DNA of 45,091 nt from Patescibacteria group bacterium (GTDB lineage: Bacteria; Patescibacteriota; Minisyncoccia; Phycocordibacterales; UBA918): positions 1-45,091 of the forward strand of contig JAZKFU010000010.1 of the NCBI GenBank assembly GCA_040386275.1. The letters run 5' to 3'. The notes beneath the pieces are model-generated. The model worked only from the letters and a program-made list of their open reading frames with translations. It was not told the origin of the DNA and did no database searches. This document shows positions 18,981-28,746 of the stretch, one piece after another (position 1 is the stretch's first letter; the number at the start of each line of letters is the position of its first letter). A program made the translations under genes and the position numbers.

Positions 18981-20084
18981 TTACTCCAATAATGAATTAA
19001 ATTGCGCCACAATTATTGACTTTTCATATCGATTTTTCACCTCTCCCACTGTGGTTTGAACCTGTTTATATTCGATAGGATTTTCAAGCAAGATTGTTAT
19101 TTTCCTAGCTAACAAAGCTATTTCCCCAAACGGCACAACGTACTCTGACAGCGCTTCGGTAGCAGTCTCTCCTACTCCCCCTACATCAAACGCAACGAAT
19201 GGGACACTATAGGCCATGGCTTCAATCAAGGAATGGGGCGAACCTTCTTCTTCTGAAGGCATAATGAAAATATCGGCTGCTTGATATAATTCTTTTACCC
19301 GCGCTCGTGGTACAGACCCTAAAAAGTGTACCTGGTTACGCACTTCCGAACCATTAATTTCATTTTGCAATTCTTGTTGTAATGGACCGTCCCCCACTAC
19401 TACCATATGAACATTCGGGGCAGTTATTTGCTTCATTATCTCCGGTAAAAAATTTGCGCCTTTTCGTCTCGATAATTTATGTACAAATAATACAATCGGT
19501 GCCGTTTCGGGAATTGATAACTCGTCTCTCACAGTCTTTCGCAGTGACCTGTCTTTTGTTACTTCTTTGATATCAATCCAATTTGGTATCACCGTTACCT
19601 GAGAAGCGTTTAGACCATAGGTTTGGCAATACCCGGGAATGAGTGCCTCTGCACCCGTTATTAACCGAGTGATTAATCGATAGGCTACTTTTTGATACCA
19701 GTCCTCTTTCCAGGAACGTTTGTATAACCAGGGCATCCCGGCATTCCAGTAGAATACCTGACCTCCAAACAGTTTAGTAATTACTCCCGCTGAAATAGCA
19801 CTCAAAAATGAATAGTGCACATAAAACGTTTTAGTCCCTCGCCATCGCTCTCTTCCAATCAGCCATACATTTTCAAATATTCTCAATAAGGGAAATTTGT
19901 AACGCTGCATTATTGCCCAGGCTGGTATTGCCCCTGCGCTTGGCTTTTCAATTATTAACGTTAACGGTAACCCTTCATCTTCTTTAAGGGTACGGGCCAT
20001 TTCATACACATAATCCATATGTGTACCCGGAGTCACATGTTGCATGATAAAACAAACGGAAGATGCAGTATTGGATAATTTCAT
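18981..20084 (-). CDS. GT4 glycosyltransferase
   Basis: VIPNWID, LFVHKLSRRKG, VVGDGP, ADIFIMPSEEEGSPHSLIEAMA, DVGGV. Confidence 0.9.
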   Translation of the reverse strand: MKLSNTASSVCFIMQHVTPGTHMDYVYEMARTLKEDEGLPLTLIIEKPSAGAIPAWAIMQRYKFPLLRIFENVWLIGRERWRGTKTFYVHYSFLSAISAGVITKLFGGQVFYWNAGMPWLYKRSWKEDWYQKVAYRLITRLITGAEALIPGYCQTYGLNASQVTVIPNWIDIKEVTKDRSLRKTVRDELSIPETAPIVLFVHKLSRRKGANFLPEIMKQITAPNVHMVVVGDGPLQQELQNEINGSEVRNQVHFLGSVPRARVKELYQAADIFIMPSEEEGSPHSLIEAMAYSVPFVAFDVGGVGETATEALSEYVVPFGEIALLARKITILLENPIEYKQVQTTVGEVKNRYEKSIIVAQFNSLLE

Positions 20085-20085
20085 A

Positions 20086-20811
20086 CTATGAAAAATAGGG
20101 GCTATCAACCAATTCTTGAAGGTTGTTAAAGATTGCGGTTGGAGTGATACGTGGTTCTTCTTGTATCTTTTTTAATTCACTAGGTCGTTCAATTAAAAAT
20201 GCCAAGTGTCCTAAGTGGATAGGCTGGAGAATGTCATCGTTTAATTGGTTACCAATCACCATTACTTTTTCCTCTGGTGCAATATCGAGACTCGAAAGAA
20301 TACTTTCCCAAAACCGCACATCTTGTTTTTGATACCCCACATCAGTGGCTGCATATATCTGAGAAAAAAATTGTACAATACCTGTTTGCTCTAACATTTC
20401 TGTACGCGTCGCTACCGTATTGCCACTGGCTACCACTAAATTAAAACCTCTTTGAGTTAAAGTTTCTAGACACATACGAGCATCGGGAAACAGCGCGGGT
20501 TTAGTATGCGATTTTTTGTAGGCTTCGGACCATTGCGTTGCTAATGTATCTGCCTCAGCTTCACTCGTTGCTATCCCGAGACGTTCACCCACCATTTTCA
20601 TATACAATGAAATGTTGTTTTTTAGATGTGGATTTTCTTTAGTAACTTCGTCATTAATGGCAAAAAATGCGTAGAGTACTGCCTGCATCTCTGCTTGCGA
20701 ACCACCAAAATGGTGGGCGACTGCTTTGGTTTGGGCCAGTAAACGATCTGACTCAACGACCAGAGTACCGTCGACATCAAAAATAATTATTGGTTTTTTA
20801 ATGTCAGACAT
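20086..20811 (-). CDS. HAD-superfamily hydrolase (phosphatase)
   Basis: IFDVDGTL, LVVASGN, K motif (GYQKQD), VIGNQLNDDI. Confidence 0.85.
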   Translation of the reverse strand: MSDIKKPIIIFDVDGTLVVESDRLLAQTKAVAHHFGGSQAEMQAVLYAFFAINDEVTKENPHLKNNISLYMKMVGERLGIATSEAEADTLATQWSEAYKKSHTKPALFPDARMCLETLTQRGFNLVVASGNTVATRTEMLEQTGIVQFFSQIYAATDVGYQKQDVRFWESILSSLDIAPEEKVMVIGNQLNDDILQPIHLGHLAFLIERPSELKKIQEEPRITPTAIFNNLQELVDSPYFS

Positions 20812-20831
20812 AGAGAATGTATGCAATTAGT

Positions 20832-21458
20832 TTAGGCCTCTAGAAACCGAAAAGTTGCAAACCCCTCAGCGTATTCAACATGTGATTGATAGCCACGGTA
20901 CAGGTTTAATCCTTCGATAGATTTGGCTTTTAATATTTCTTTATGTCCCTGACTGACGTGTGCTTTAATAGCATCCATTTTTTTGTCGATATAGGGTGTG
21001 ATATCAATCCAATAGGTGGCGTTAAAGGAATTATAACTTGATGGCTCCTCGTACTCGAGAATTTGTTTTACTTTTCGACACGCTGACTTGGCTACATGTG
21101 AGGTAATGCGGTGATCCTGATGCGTATCATTACCGTACGGCAAATACACGCGATCGGGTTTAAATTCCTTAACGATTTTTTCAATGCGATTAATGAGTTC
21201 GACGGTTTCGGGAATTTCTCCATCTCGATACTCCCAACACTCAACCGTCACCCCCATCACATCAGCTCCAGCCTGCGCTTCACTGCACCGTGTTCCGACT
21301 AAGGTTTCATCCATGGTAAATCCACTATCACCACCACGACCACCACCAGTTAATACAATGGTGTGAACCGTATCTCCGGCCGCTTTATGTTTAAGTAACG
21401 AACCGCCACAGCCAATTTCTATATCATCAGGATGGGATCCAATAGCTAATATTTTCAT
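20832..21458 (-). CDS. PIG-L/LmbE family N-deacetylase
   Basis: GSHPDDIEIGCGG, R..EA, DTHQDH, KMDAIKAH.SQ, YAEGF. Confidence 0.9.
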   Translation of the reverse strand: MKILAIGSHPDDIEIGCGGSLLKHKAAGDTVHTIVLTGGGRGGDSGFTMDETLVGTRCSEAQAGADVMGVTVECWEYRDGEIPETVELINRIEKIVKEFKPDRVYLPYGNDTHQDHRITSHVAKSACRKVKQILEYEEPSSYNSFNATYWIDITPYIDKKMDAIKAHVSQGHKEILKAKSIEGLNLYRGYQSHVEYAEGFATFRFLEA

Positions 21459-21467
21459 ACCTGTAAT

Positions 21468-22424
21468 TTATACCTTTTTATACTCAAAATGACCAACAAT
21501 AGTTACCTCCTCCCAGGATTGCGTGGCTGGCTCTTCCCCGTTTAATTCTGACATGACCGCTGTTATAGGATTAACGCCAGCCAAAACCGTAATCGGTAAC
21601 CCACCAGATAACCGAGGGTTAATTTCAATTAGTTTTGGCACACCCTCACTATCAGCGCGCCATTGCAAACATATCGGACCGTAAAAACCAATGGCGTGAC
21701 AGACCTTATTTGACAACGCGATAAGTGATTCGTGCCTGACGGTTTTTCCTTTAATTGATATTCCTCCAGCCAACCCGATTCTCTCTCGAGGGACGGTATA
21801 GACCATCTGGCCATTTTTGGAACGATAGGCATCTACTGTCCACTCTGTTCCCGGCATAAATTTCATGACAATAAAATTCTCTTGATTTTCTTCGGAGTTT
21901 TTTAAAATATGTAATTCTTTTTTTGTCACTTTCACACACCCTCTACCACCTCGTCCTTGGCGTGGTTTAATAAATTGCACTTCATCAGCTAACCAGTCCT
22001 CGCTCCAATCTCGTAACAGGATAAATGGAATGGTGTTGTCAGGGATATGCACTTCGGCCCATTGGTACAGACCCAATTTATCATCTCCTAAGGTAATGGC
22101 GATTGAATCAGAAACCACCGTGAGACACGGAAGTGAATCTTTAAGTGAACTCACGAGCGGCAATTCTTCATGAACCGTAGGAATAAATAACGCTATCTGC
22201 TTTGCTGCAATGATATCGGTAAGCCAATTTGTATAGGCTGTGACCTCCGATACCCGCGGAGAAATTACAAATTCATTAACAAAAAAACGACCAGCCGAAA
22301 GAGCGTCAATATCAGCACCAATCACCCAAACATCTGGTTCGTTTTGTAATAACCGCGCCGCGTTAATGCCGGCCGGTCCACCCACTCCACTGACGAGAAT
22401 TATTTTTTTATTTGACTGAGGCAT
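21468..22424 (-). CDS. ATP-grasp ligase (carbamoyl-phosphate-synthase-large-chain-like, glycan-locus type)
   Basis: FIPTVHEEL, DDKL, FIKPRQGRGGRG, PGTEWTVD, VPRERI, LIEINPRLSGG. Confidence 0.88.
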   Translation of the reverse strand: MPQSNKKIILVSGVGGPAGINAARLLQNEPDVWVIGADIDALSAGRFFVNEFVISPRVSEVTAYTNWLTDIIAAKQIALFIPTVHEELPLVSSLKDSLPCLTVVSDSIAITLGDDKLGLYQWAEVHIPDNTIPFILLRDWSEDWLADEVQFIKPRQGRGGRGCVKVTKKELHILKNSEENQENFIVMKFMPGTEWTVDAYRSKNGQMVYTVPRERIGLAGGISIKGKTVRHESLIALSNKVCHAIGFYGPICLQWRADSEGVPKLIEINPRLSGGLPITVLAGVNPITAVMSELNGEEPATQSWEEVTIVGHFEYKKV

Positions 22425-23520
22425 ACCATTCCATATTTACGACTGCTAAATGTTTAAGTGACCATAGTTCGGCTTCTTTCTTTCCATTTTCTACCAAACT
22501 ATTCCATAGTGTAATATCGTTTAAAATTGCTTCCGTTGCCAACACCAGGCCCGCTTCATCGTTTACTGGCACCACCATTCCCGTTTCCCTATTTCTGATT
22601 GCCTCACCCGCACACCCGGAATCAGTCGTTACAACCGGACAACCCGCAGCCATTGACTCAATCATCGGCATTCCCCACCCCTCCCAACCAGCGGTATGAA
22701 TATAACAATACGATTGAGCGTACACATTTGAAAGCTCTCGCTGCGCCAGCGCACCATAAAATGTTACTCGGCTCGACAACCCTTCTTGGTTAAAACGATT
22801 GACCATTTCCTCTTTCAAAAACCCGTCCCCCGCTATCCCAATCATAACATCAGGGTATTTTTTACAAATGGTAGAGGCGACATTCACAAACAACATTGGT
22901 TCTTTTTCCGGAATAAGCCGTCCGACAAATAATAGCGTTTTACTTCTTTGCCTATTTTCTGTCTGACTAAAAATACTTAAATCAGTTCCAATTGGTATAG
23001 AAATTAATGTACTTTCTTCAATTCCTTGTTCGCGAACAATTTGTGTAAGGAGACGTTGAGAAACCACTCGGATAGCATCAGCTCGTCTCAAAATCCATTT
23101 ACCAATAAAGTTCATTACGCGATTACCGTACCCAACCTTACTCGTAAACCACGCGGGATTATCTAGGTAGTCACCATGCAATTGTACATACAGGGGCTTT
23201 CGTTTCAATAAAGAAACTATGTACCCCACCACTCCGGCGTAGAGCACATCTTGAGTAGTGACCAATTTTATATCAGGGTATTTTTTTATTTCTCTGAAGG
23301 CTACCCTAAGGGCGTTAAAAAATGCTCCGATAAAACTTTTTCCGCCGGCGGTTACTACGACACTTGTACCTATCATTATTTTTTTAGGAGCACCAACTGT
23401 CATGATTACATGGATAAACGTGTGGTAGCTATCATAAAGCGTGAGTCGTTCGTATAACGGTGTACCGGGAGTTAAGGCCGACACATCACGACCTATTGCT
23501 AAAATAGCTATTCTTTTCAT
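22408..23520 (-). CDS. GT4 glycosyltransferase
   Basis: VQLHGD, ADAIRVVS, LFVGRLIPEK, IAGDG, WEGWGMPMIESMAAGCPVVTTDSG. Confidence 0.9.
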   Translation of the reverse strand: MKRIAILAIGRDVSALTPGTPLYERLTLYDSYHTFIHVIMTVGAPKKIMIGTSVVVTAGGKSFIGAFFNALRVAFREIKKYPDIKLVTTQDVLYAGVVGYIVSLLKRKPLYVQLHGDYLDNPAWFTSKVGYGNRVMNFIGKWILRRADAIRVVSQRLLTQIVREQGIEESTLISIPIGTDLSIFSQTENRQRSKTLLFVGRLIPEKEPMLFVNVASTICKKYPDVMIGIAGDGFLKEEMVNRFNQEGLSSRVTFYGALAQRELSNVYAQSYCYIHTAGWEGWGMPMIESMAAGCPVVTTDSGCAGEAIRNRETGMVVPVNDEAGLVLATEAILNDITLWNSLVENGKKEAELWSLKHLAVVNMEWYASVK

Positions 23521-23573
23521 AGGATTTAAGTATACACAATGCGCACTATTTAGCTAAATTGCCTCATTTCTGC

Positions 23574-24689
23574 CTAGTGCAAGGCAGTAAACACTTTAGC
23601 CATTTCTTCTATAACGGTGTTGGATTTGAAAAAGGTTACGCGGTTTTTAGCGGCGGCTACCAATTGATCTCGTAGCGTGGCGTTGGTTTGTATTTTGGTA
23701 AGGGCGGCATCAATGGCTTGCATGTCGTTCACCGGCACCAGTAACCCCTCTACCCCATCAGTGATGAGTTCCGGATTGCCCCCAATGTTGGTAGTAACAA
23801 TCGGGGTGCCGATATCCATGACTTCAAGTAATTGATGGGACAGTCCTTCGTACGCAGTATTTAAAATAAATATATCTGACGCGTAGACCACAGCGGCCAT
23901 GGCGTCACGAGTGAGCGCGCCCACAAAACGTACCTGCTCTTCTATGCCATGAGTTTTTACTTGTGCTTCAAGGGCCTTTCGTTCCGGACCATCGCCCCCA
24001 ATCACGAGCGTCACGATGTCACCGCGTTTCTTTCGCTCAGCTACCAGGTCAATTAAGGTGTTCATTCCCTTCCACGGCGTGAGACGGGCGACACTTGATA
24101 TCACGAGACCGGTAAATAAAAAGTCGTCACGTAAAATCTGTCGATCATCCATCGGAGCGAGTGGATGGAGAGCACTATAGATAACGCGAATGGTTTCTTT
24201 CTTGATTCCCCAGCTACTCACAATCCCCTGCATGTAGTTACTCGGCACAATGACGACGCGCGCTCCACGCACCACGTGGGTTTGGAGCCAGGCCATAAAG
24301 CGTACCGGCAATGGCCGGGAGGATTGATGACTGGTATAGGCATCCAAGGTATCCTTGATACCGTACCGTTGTACTCCCTGCTCCCACGCATAGTCTCCAC
24401 CCAAGCGCACCACAAAATGTTTCCGGCGCACAAAGGCCACAATCCGTGCTGGCACCCCCACACTCATGGGATCAAGCGCATAGATAACCGAACAGTCCGC
24501 GGCTGCTTTCCATAACAAGCGCATATACGCGAGATGGCGGATGGCTTTTGGGAGTGAACGAACAAGTCCGTACGGCACCACCGTCACGTCTATCCCCGCC
24601 TTAGGCAGTTCATCATCAAGCATCTGCGCGTAGGTAGCAGGCCCGCCAATATCGGGTGGAAAAATACCCGCCGCCAAGAGAATTTTCAT
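23574..24689 (-). CDS. GT4 glycosyltransferase
   Basis: MKILLAAGIFPPDIGGPATY, GGDYAWEQ, ARLTPWKG, YEGLSHQLLEVM, GGNPELI. Start ATG 24689 lies 8 nt after TATACT. Confidence 0.9.
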   Translation of the reverse strand: MKILLAAGIFPPDIGGPATYAQMLDDELPKAGIDVTVVPYGLVRSLPKAIRHLAYMRLLWKAAADCSVIYALDPMSVGVPARIVAFVRRKHFVVRLGGDYAWEQGVQRYGIKDTLDAYTSHQSSRPLPVRFMAWLQTHVVRGARVVIVPSNYMQGIVSSWGIKKETIRVIYSALHPLAPMDDRQILRDDFLFTGLVISSVARLTPWKGMNTLIDLVAERKKRGDIVTLVIGGDGPERKALEAQVKTHGIEEQVRFVGALTRDAMAAVVYASDIFILNTAYEGLSHQLLEVMDIGTPIVTTNIGGNPELITDGVEGLLVPVNDMQAIDAALTKIQTNATLRDQLVAAAKNRVTFFKSNTVIEEMAKVFTALH

Positions 24690-24785
24690 ATGAGGAAAGT
24701 ATAGCATTTACGCTAAAGCCTGAAAAAGGACGTAACTAATTGCCCTGGCGTTGGGTACTAACGTAAATAGAGTATAATTACCACC

Positions 24786-25343
24786 ATGCGATTCACGATA
24801 ATCTCCCCGCTGTTCCCACCGGATACAGCCCCTCCTGCTCTCTATACTAAAGTGCTTTTAAGCAAACTTACGAGCACCACTAATTCCGTTGCGGGTGTTG
24901 TGTATGGTCACATACCAGAATCAGTACGGGAAGCTACTATCATACCCGTAGCTAAGCGGATGAATGTCAGTGGCCGCCTATTACAAATGTTTAAGACCAT
25001 ACGAAGTACAGTGAGTACGACAGATATGTATATAGTATGTAACGGTCCCTCAGTGGAGGTGCCGTTCTTAATTGCGCAACTCATTACCTCAAAGCCATAC
25101 ATCTTTATTGTTAACGATATACAAGCTGAACGTACATCAAGTCAATCGTGGTGGAAACATACACTCATGGTTCGCCTGAAAAAAAATGCCATCCGTACGT
25201 TTACGATTGCGGAAACAATTACACCCTACTGCCCTCCCGAAATTCATCCCCTCCTTCCTCATCCGACTGAAGCCGTAGAAAAATTCACTTCGCTATGGGA
25301 AATACACAGCAAAGAAATTTTAGATACCGCGTATGGAAAATAA
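24786..25343 (+). CDS. Stand-alone GT4 N-terminal (acceptor-binding)-like domain protein
   Basis: MRFTIISPLFPPDTAPPALYTKVL aligns with the N-terminus of the divergent GT4. No C-terminal Rossmann domain. Confidence 0.55.
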   Translation: MRFTIISPLFPPDTAPPALYTKVLLSKLTSTTNSVAGVVYGHIPESVREATIIPVAKRMNVSGRLLQMFKTIRSTVSTTDMYIVCNGPSVEVPFLIAQLITSKPYIFIVNDIQAERTSSQSWWKHTLMVRLKKNAIRTFTIAETITPYCPPEIHPLLPHPTEAVEKFTSLWEIHSKEILDTAYGK

Positions 25344-26433
25344 TACTACTCACACCTGGAATGAATATGTGGCCACGCAACTAAAGTACGTAACCGATAC
25401 GTTACTGCCACTTGGCTACACTCTTGATACTACCCAACCACATTTGCTCGGGGAACGTTTTTTGATGCAAGCAGTTACCACTACTGGTGGCCGAAAATTA
25501 ATACTACAAGGAAAGAATCAAGACAACCAAAAGGTTATTATCAAAGTCGCATCCGATACCCAAGGAAAAGATGAAATTAAGCATGAACGCCTCTGTCGTT
25601 CATTGATTAATTCACTCAATTTTGCCTATGGAGTATTTACTGCACCACAAGAACTTTTATTCATCGAAAAAGATGGTCGAGTCATCGCCATTCAAGAATT
25701 TATTGAACAGACGAGCACATTTTTAGAACGACCCCTCCTGGAACAATTTGATTTTGCTCTCCACTCATTAAAAGCACAAGCACAAGCTCAAATTACGACC
25801 CGCGGACATTTTCGTTCGATTAGTAACACCTTTGGCTACTATGAAGTAGCTGACTATTTCAAAAATGCCGACTTATTTATCGACACAATTTCATCAATGT
25901 TCAGTGATCAAACTATACTAAATACACTGACTACGGCCCGCAATTACTTGCATGAACACAAAGAACGGATTGCTCAATACACTGGATTTTTAACTCACAC
26001 TGATTTTGTACCCCATAATTTTCGCATCCGTGACAATACGGTCTATTTATTAGATTTCTCTTCTATACGTTTTGGAAACAAACATGAAAGCTGGGCGCGC
26101 TTTTTAAATTTTATGACGCTGTACAACCACCCTCTTGAACAGGCAGTACTAAAATACGCTGACCAGAATTTTTCACCGGAAGAACGAGAATCACTGCAAC
26201 TCATGCGTGTCTACCGACTACTGGAAATAATTGCTTATTATTGTACGACCACTAAAAATAGTACCGGCGATTTACTAACCCTTAATCAAAATAGAATATC
26301 GTTTTGGCATGAAGTGTTAATGGCCGAATTACAGAATCACCGAGTAGAGAGAGCCGTTGTATCTGCCTATCAATCGACGCGTGATGAGTTACGGAGCCAG
26401 GGTGAAAAAGAACGACAAAAAGGACTCCACTAA
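25333..26433 (+). CDS. APH/choline-kinase-like phosphotransferase
   Basis: VIIKVA, helix-C Glu (EIKHE), HTDFVPHN (HxDxxxxN) and LLDF. Confidence 0.75.
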   Translation: MENNTTHTWNEYVATQLKYVTDTLLPLGYTLDTTQPHLLGERFLMQAVTTTGGRKLILQGKNQDNQKVIIKVASDTQGKDEIKHERLCRSLINSLNFAYGVFTAPQELLFIEKDGRVIAIQEFIEQTSTFLERPLLEQFDFALHSLKAQAQAQITTRGHFRSISNTFGYYEVADYFKNADLFIDTISSMFSDQTILNTLTTARNYLHEHKERIAQYTGFLTHTDFVPHNFRIRDNTVYLLDFSSIRFGNKHESWARFLNFMTLYNHPLEQAVLKYADQNFSPEERESLQLMRVYRLLEIIAYYCTTTKNSTGDLLTLNQNRISFWHEVLMAELQNHRVERAVVSAYQSTRDELRSQGEKERQKGLH

Positions 26434-26966
26434 GATGTTTCGAGAGCTTTAATAATTGATCCATAGCGATCAAGCAAGGGGTGTTGCCAGACTTTAGTGA
26501 GTTCAGTATACAATCGATTTTCAAACCACAGCTTTGATTCTTTTCCTCGATTAAAGACACTCCAGGCTTCGTCGCCTGCGACCGCTATATGATCAAGCAA
26601 ACTTTCAGCGTTATGAATTTTATCGGCTACGGACACCAGCCAGACTGATTCACCACCGGCAACTACGGTATGGACATACGCTTCTTTCCGCTCTTCCCAC
26701 GGGAGATTTTTATTTTCAGAAACTGCCTCTACAATGTGTAGTACCGTTTCCCCACCCTCAGCCTTCACTTCTGCTGCAGTCACCTTGGTATCCTCTAACA
26801 CGTCATGAAGTAACGCGGCCACGATAACATCTTCAGATACATCATACGCAGTGAGTAGCTGCGCCACCATGATGGGATGAATCACATAGGGAGAATTGTC
26901 TGTTTTTCGTGTTTGCAAAGCGTGGGCACTCATCGCTAAGCGCAGAGCTGATTCATTTCGAGTCAT
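26430..26966 (-). CDS. HD-domain small alarmone hydrolase (Mesh1/SpoT-HD-like)
   Basis: AH..QTRK....PYVIHP..VA, AALLHDVLEDT, VSENK, ADKIHN. Start ATG 26966 lies immediately after the GT4 stop. Confidence 0.85.
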   Translation of the reverse strand: MTRNESALRLAMSAHALQTRKTDNSPYVIHPIMVAQLLTAYDVSEDVIVAALLHDVLEDTKVTAAEVKAEGGETVLHIVEAVSENKNLPWEERKEAYVHTVVAGGESVWLVSVADKIHNAESLLDHIAVAGDEAWSVFNRGKESKLWFENRLYTELTKVWQHPLLDRYGSIIKALETS

Positions 26967-26967
26967 A

Positions 26968-28146
26968 TTATTGTAGTTGATTAAAAATTTCTGACTGCAT
27001 ACGCTTGGCGATGATGTCCCAATTGTAGACCTCAACCACCATGGCGCGCGCATTATCAGCCACTCGTTTAGCCTCGTCGGGATGGGCGATAATATCTTGA
27101 ACTGCATCAGCAATGGCTTTGGCATCATCTACCGGCACCACCCAGGCAGTACGCCCATACGGATTTTCTGTATCAGTTGCAAATGAATATTCAGCCAACC
27201 CATCTACCGCAGTGGTAATAAATGGCAGTCGTGAAGCGAGTGCCGAGAGGCCCGAATTTCCTAATCCTTCAGAACGACTGGGCATAACAAAAATATCCGA
27301 AGCCAAACGATATTTAGTCACCACCTCTCGATCAACTTGCCCCGTAAAAATTACTCTGTCTTCAAGACGGAGCTCGGTAACCAGAGCCTTTAACATCTGT
27401 TCCTCTTCACCTTGGCCCACGACCAAACATTTCACTTGCGGTGGTAAAAATGTCAAGGAACGAATCATAACGTCAAATGCTTTTTGATGGACCAGCCGTG
27501 CGGTATTAACCAACCATATTTCACCTGGCTTTTTTCCCAGTTCAGCCTTGAGCGTTTCGATTTCTTCGCTACGGTACGAATCTTCTTTGATAGCAGCGGG
27601 ATTGGCACCATTATATATTTTTACTACCGGACCACGGTACCCACGCGTAGCCGGCCATTTTGCGAGATGATTAGAGATAACTTGAAATACCGTGGCATTA
27701 CGAAACCCTCGGTCTATAAACGGTACAAATGGCTTAATTGATGTACGCTTAAATACTTTGTCATAGGGGTCTCCATCTTGGAGCGTCATTACATAGGGTT
27801 GTTTTAACCCCAGCAACCGAGCAAACGTAATCGGAATACTCATGTACGTCATCAGTCCCCACATTCCCGTAAAGTGTTCTATTTGGTGTAATTTTTTGGC
27901 GGCTCGGGCGGCCTGGAAAAGGAAAAATATTTTAGCAAACCGTCCGCCCCCATTACCTACTCGGTGTACAGTAACGTTTCCTATCTGTTCAAGGGTTGGC
28001 GCCGTGGCATCAAATCGAAGCGTGAGCAGATGAAAGGCAATGTCACGAGGTGCAATACGATCGGTAATTTCTTTAACAGCTGCTTCGGCACCGGAAACAA
28101 AACTTGGGTAATACGCGAGCGAAAAGATAAGTATTTTTTGTGACAT
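26968..28146 (-). CDS. GT4 glycosyltransferase
   Basis: LAYYP..VSGAE, TLQDGD, ARLVHQK, SDIFVMPSRSEGLGNS, YNWDIIA. Confidence 0.9.
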   Translation of the reverse strand: MSQKILIFSLAYYPSFVSGAEAAVKEITDRIAPRDIAFHLLTLRFDATAPTLEQIGNVTVHRVGNGGGRFAKIFFLFQAARAAKKLHQIEHFTGMWGLMTYMSIPITFARLLGLKQPYVMTLQDGDPYDKVFKRTSIKPFVPFIDRGFRNATVFQVISNHLAKWPATRGYRGPVVKIYNGANPAAIKEDSYRSEEIETLKAELGKKPGEIWLVNTARLVHQKAFDVMIRSLTFLPPQVKCLVVGQGEEEQMLKALVTELRLEDRVIFTGQVDREVVTKYRLASDIFVMPSRSEGLGNSGLSALASRLPFITTAVDGLAEYSFATDTENPYGRTAWVVPVDDAKAIADAVQDIIAHPDEAKRVADNARAMVVEVYNWDIIAKRMQSEIFNQLQ

Positions 28147-28173
28147 ATATAATGGCTCAAGTATACAAAAGTT

Positions 28174-28208
28174 TAAAGCCCCGCGCGACTGATAGGTCGC
28201 GTGGGGCT
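28174..28208 (-). terminator. Intrinsic terminator of the cupin gene
   Basis: Plus strand AGCCCCGCGCGACT-GATA-GGTCGCGTGGGGCT, followed by T's on the minus strand. Confidence 0.75.
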
Positions 28209-28217
28209 AGGTTTGAT

Positions 28218-28691
28218 TTAGGTGACCATTTTCGGCACCATGATTTCGACACTCGTCATATGGTCTCTAACATCAGCAGGGATGTCTTTTAAAACCTCTC
28301 GGTCATGTTCGACATCGATACCCAGGTCTGCAGTCTGGATGGTAACAAACTCAGCACCAGGGGTAGTAAAGACATCATGCCAGGTACCCGGCAGAAAGGT
28401 AACGCTTTCCCCTTCACCAATTACTTGATGTGTTACACTCCCTTCCTTTAACCAAGACACCAAGGCGATTAAACCTTTGGTTACAGCGTACGTCTCGGTT
28501 TGGAGTTGATGTCGATGAAGTTGCCCTTGCCAGGTTAAAGCCACGGCTTTGGTGACATGTACGGCTTTCACCTGCATATCAAGTGCAGGGTCCGGTTTCA
28601 GCCGACAGCGTATCTCTCCTCCAGGCATCGGCTTCATCGTGGCGGAAATAAACAGACCATTGAGATCTTCACGAGTAATTCCCATTATCAC
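28218..28691 (-). CDS. Cupin-domain protein
   Basis: LHRHQLQTETYAVTKG and FLPGTWHDV are the two cupin motifs. GAAGGA SD upstream. Start is GTG 28691 or ATG 28685. Confidence 0.7.
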   Translation of the reverse strand: MIMGITREDLNGLFISATMKPMPGGEIRCRLKPDPALDMQVKAVHVTKAVALTWQGQLHRHQLQTETYAVTKGLIALVSWLKEGSVTHQVIGEGESVTFLPGTWHDVFTTPGAEFVTIQTADLGIDVEHDREVLKDIPADVRDHMTSVEIMVPKMVT

Positions 28692-28746
28692 TTCCTTCTG
28701 TGATGATATATACCGTAATCCAAACTATATTAGAACATAAAAAATG

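Noticed and set aside
25333-26966. Kinase-HD pair as a toxin-antitoxin system
   Set aside because: The genes are convergent rather than co-transcribed, and the kinase has no alarmone-synthetase or HipA features.
26967-27128. N-terminal extension of the HD ORF (similar cases: 14522, 19012, 20108, 24707, 35109, 36169, 41470, 44328)
   Set aside because: The extensions overlap neighbouring genes or promoter boxes. Downstream starts fit domain boundaries and -10 or SD spacing.
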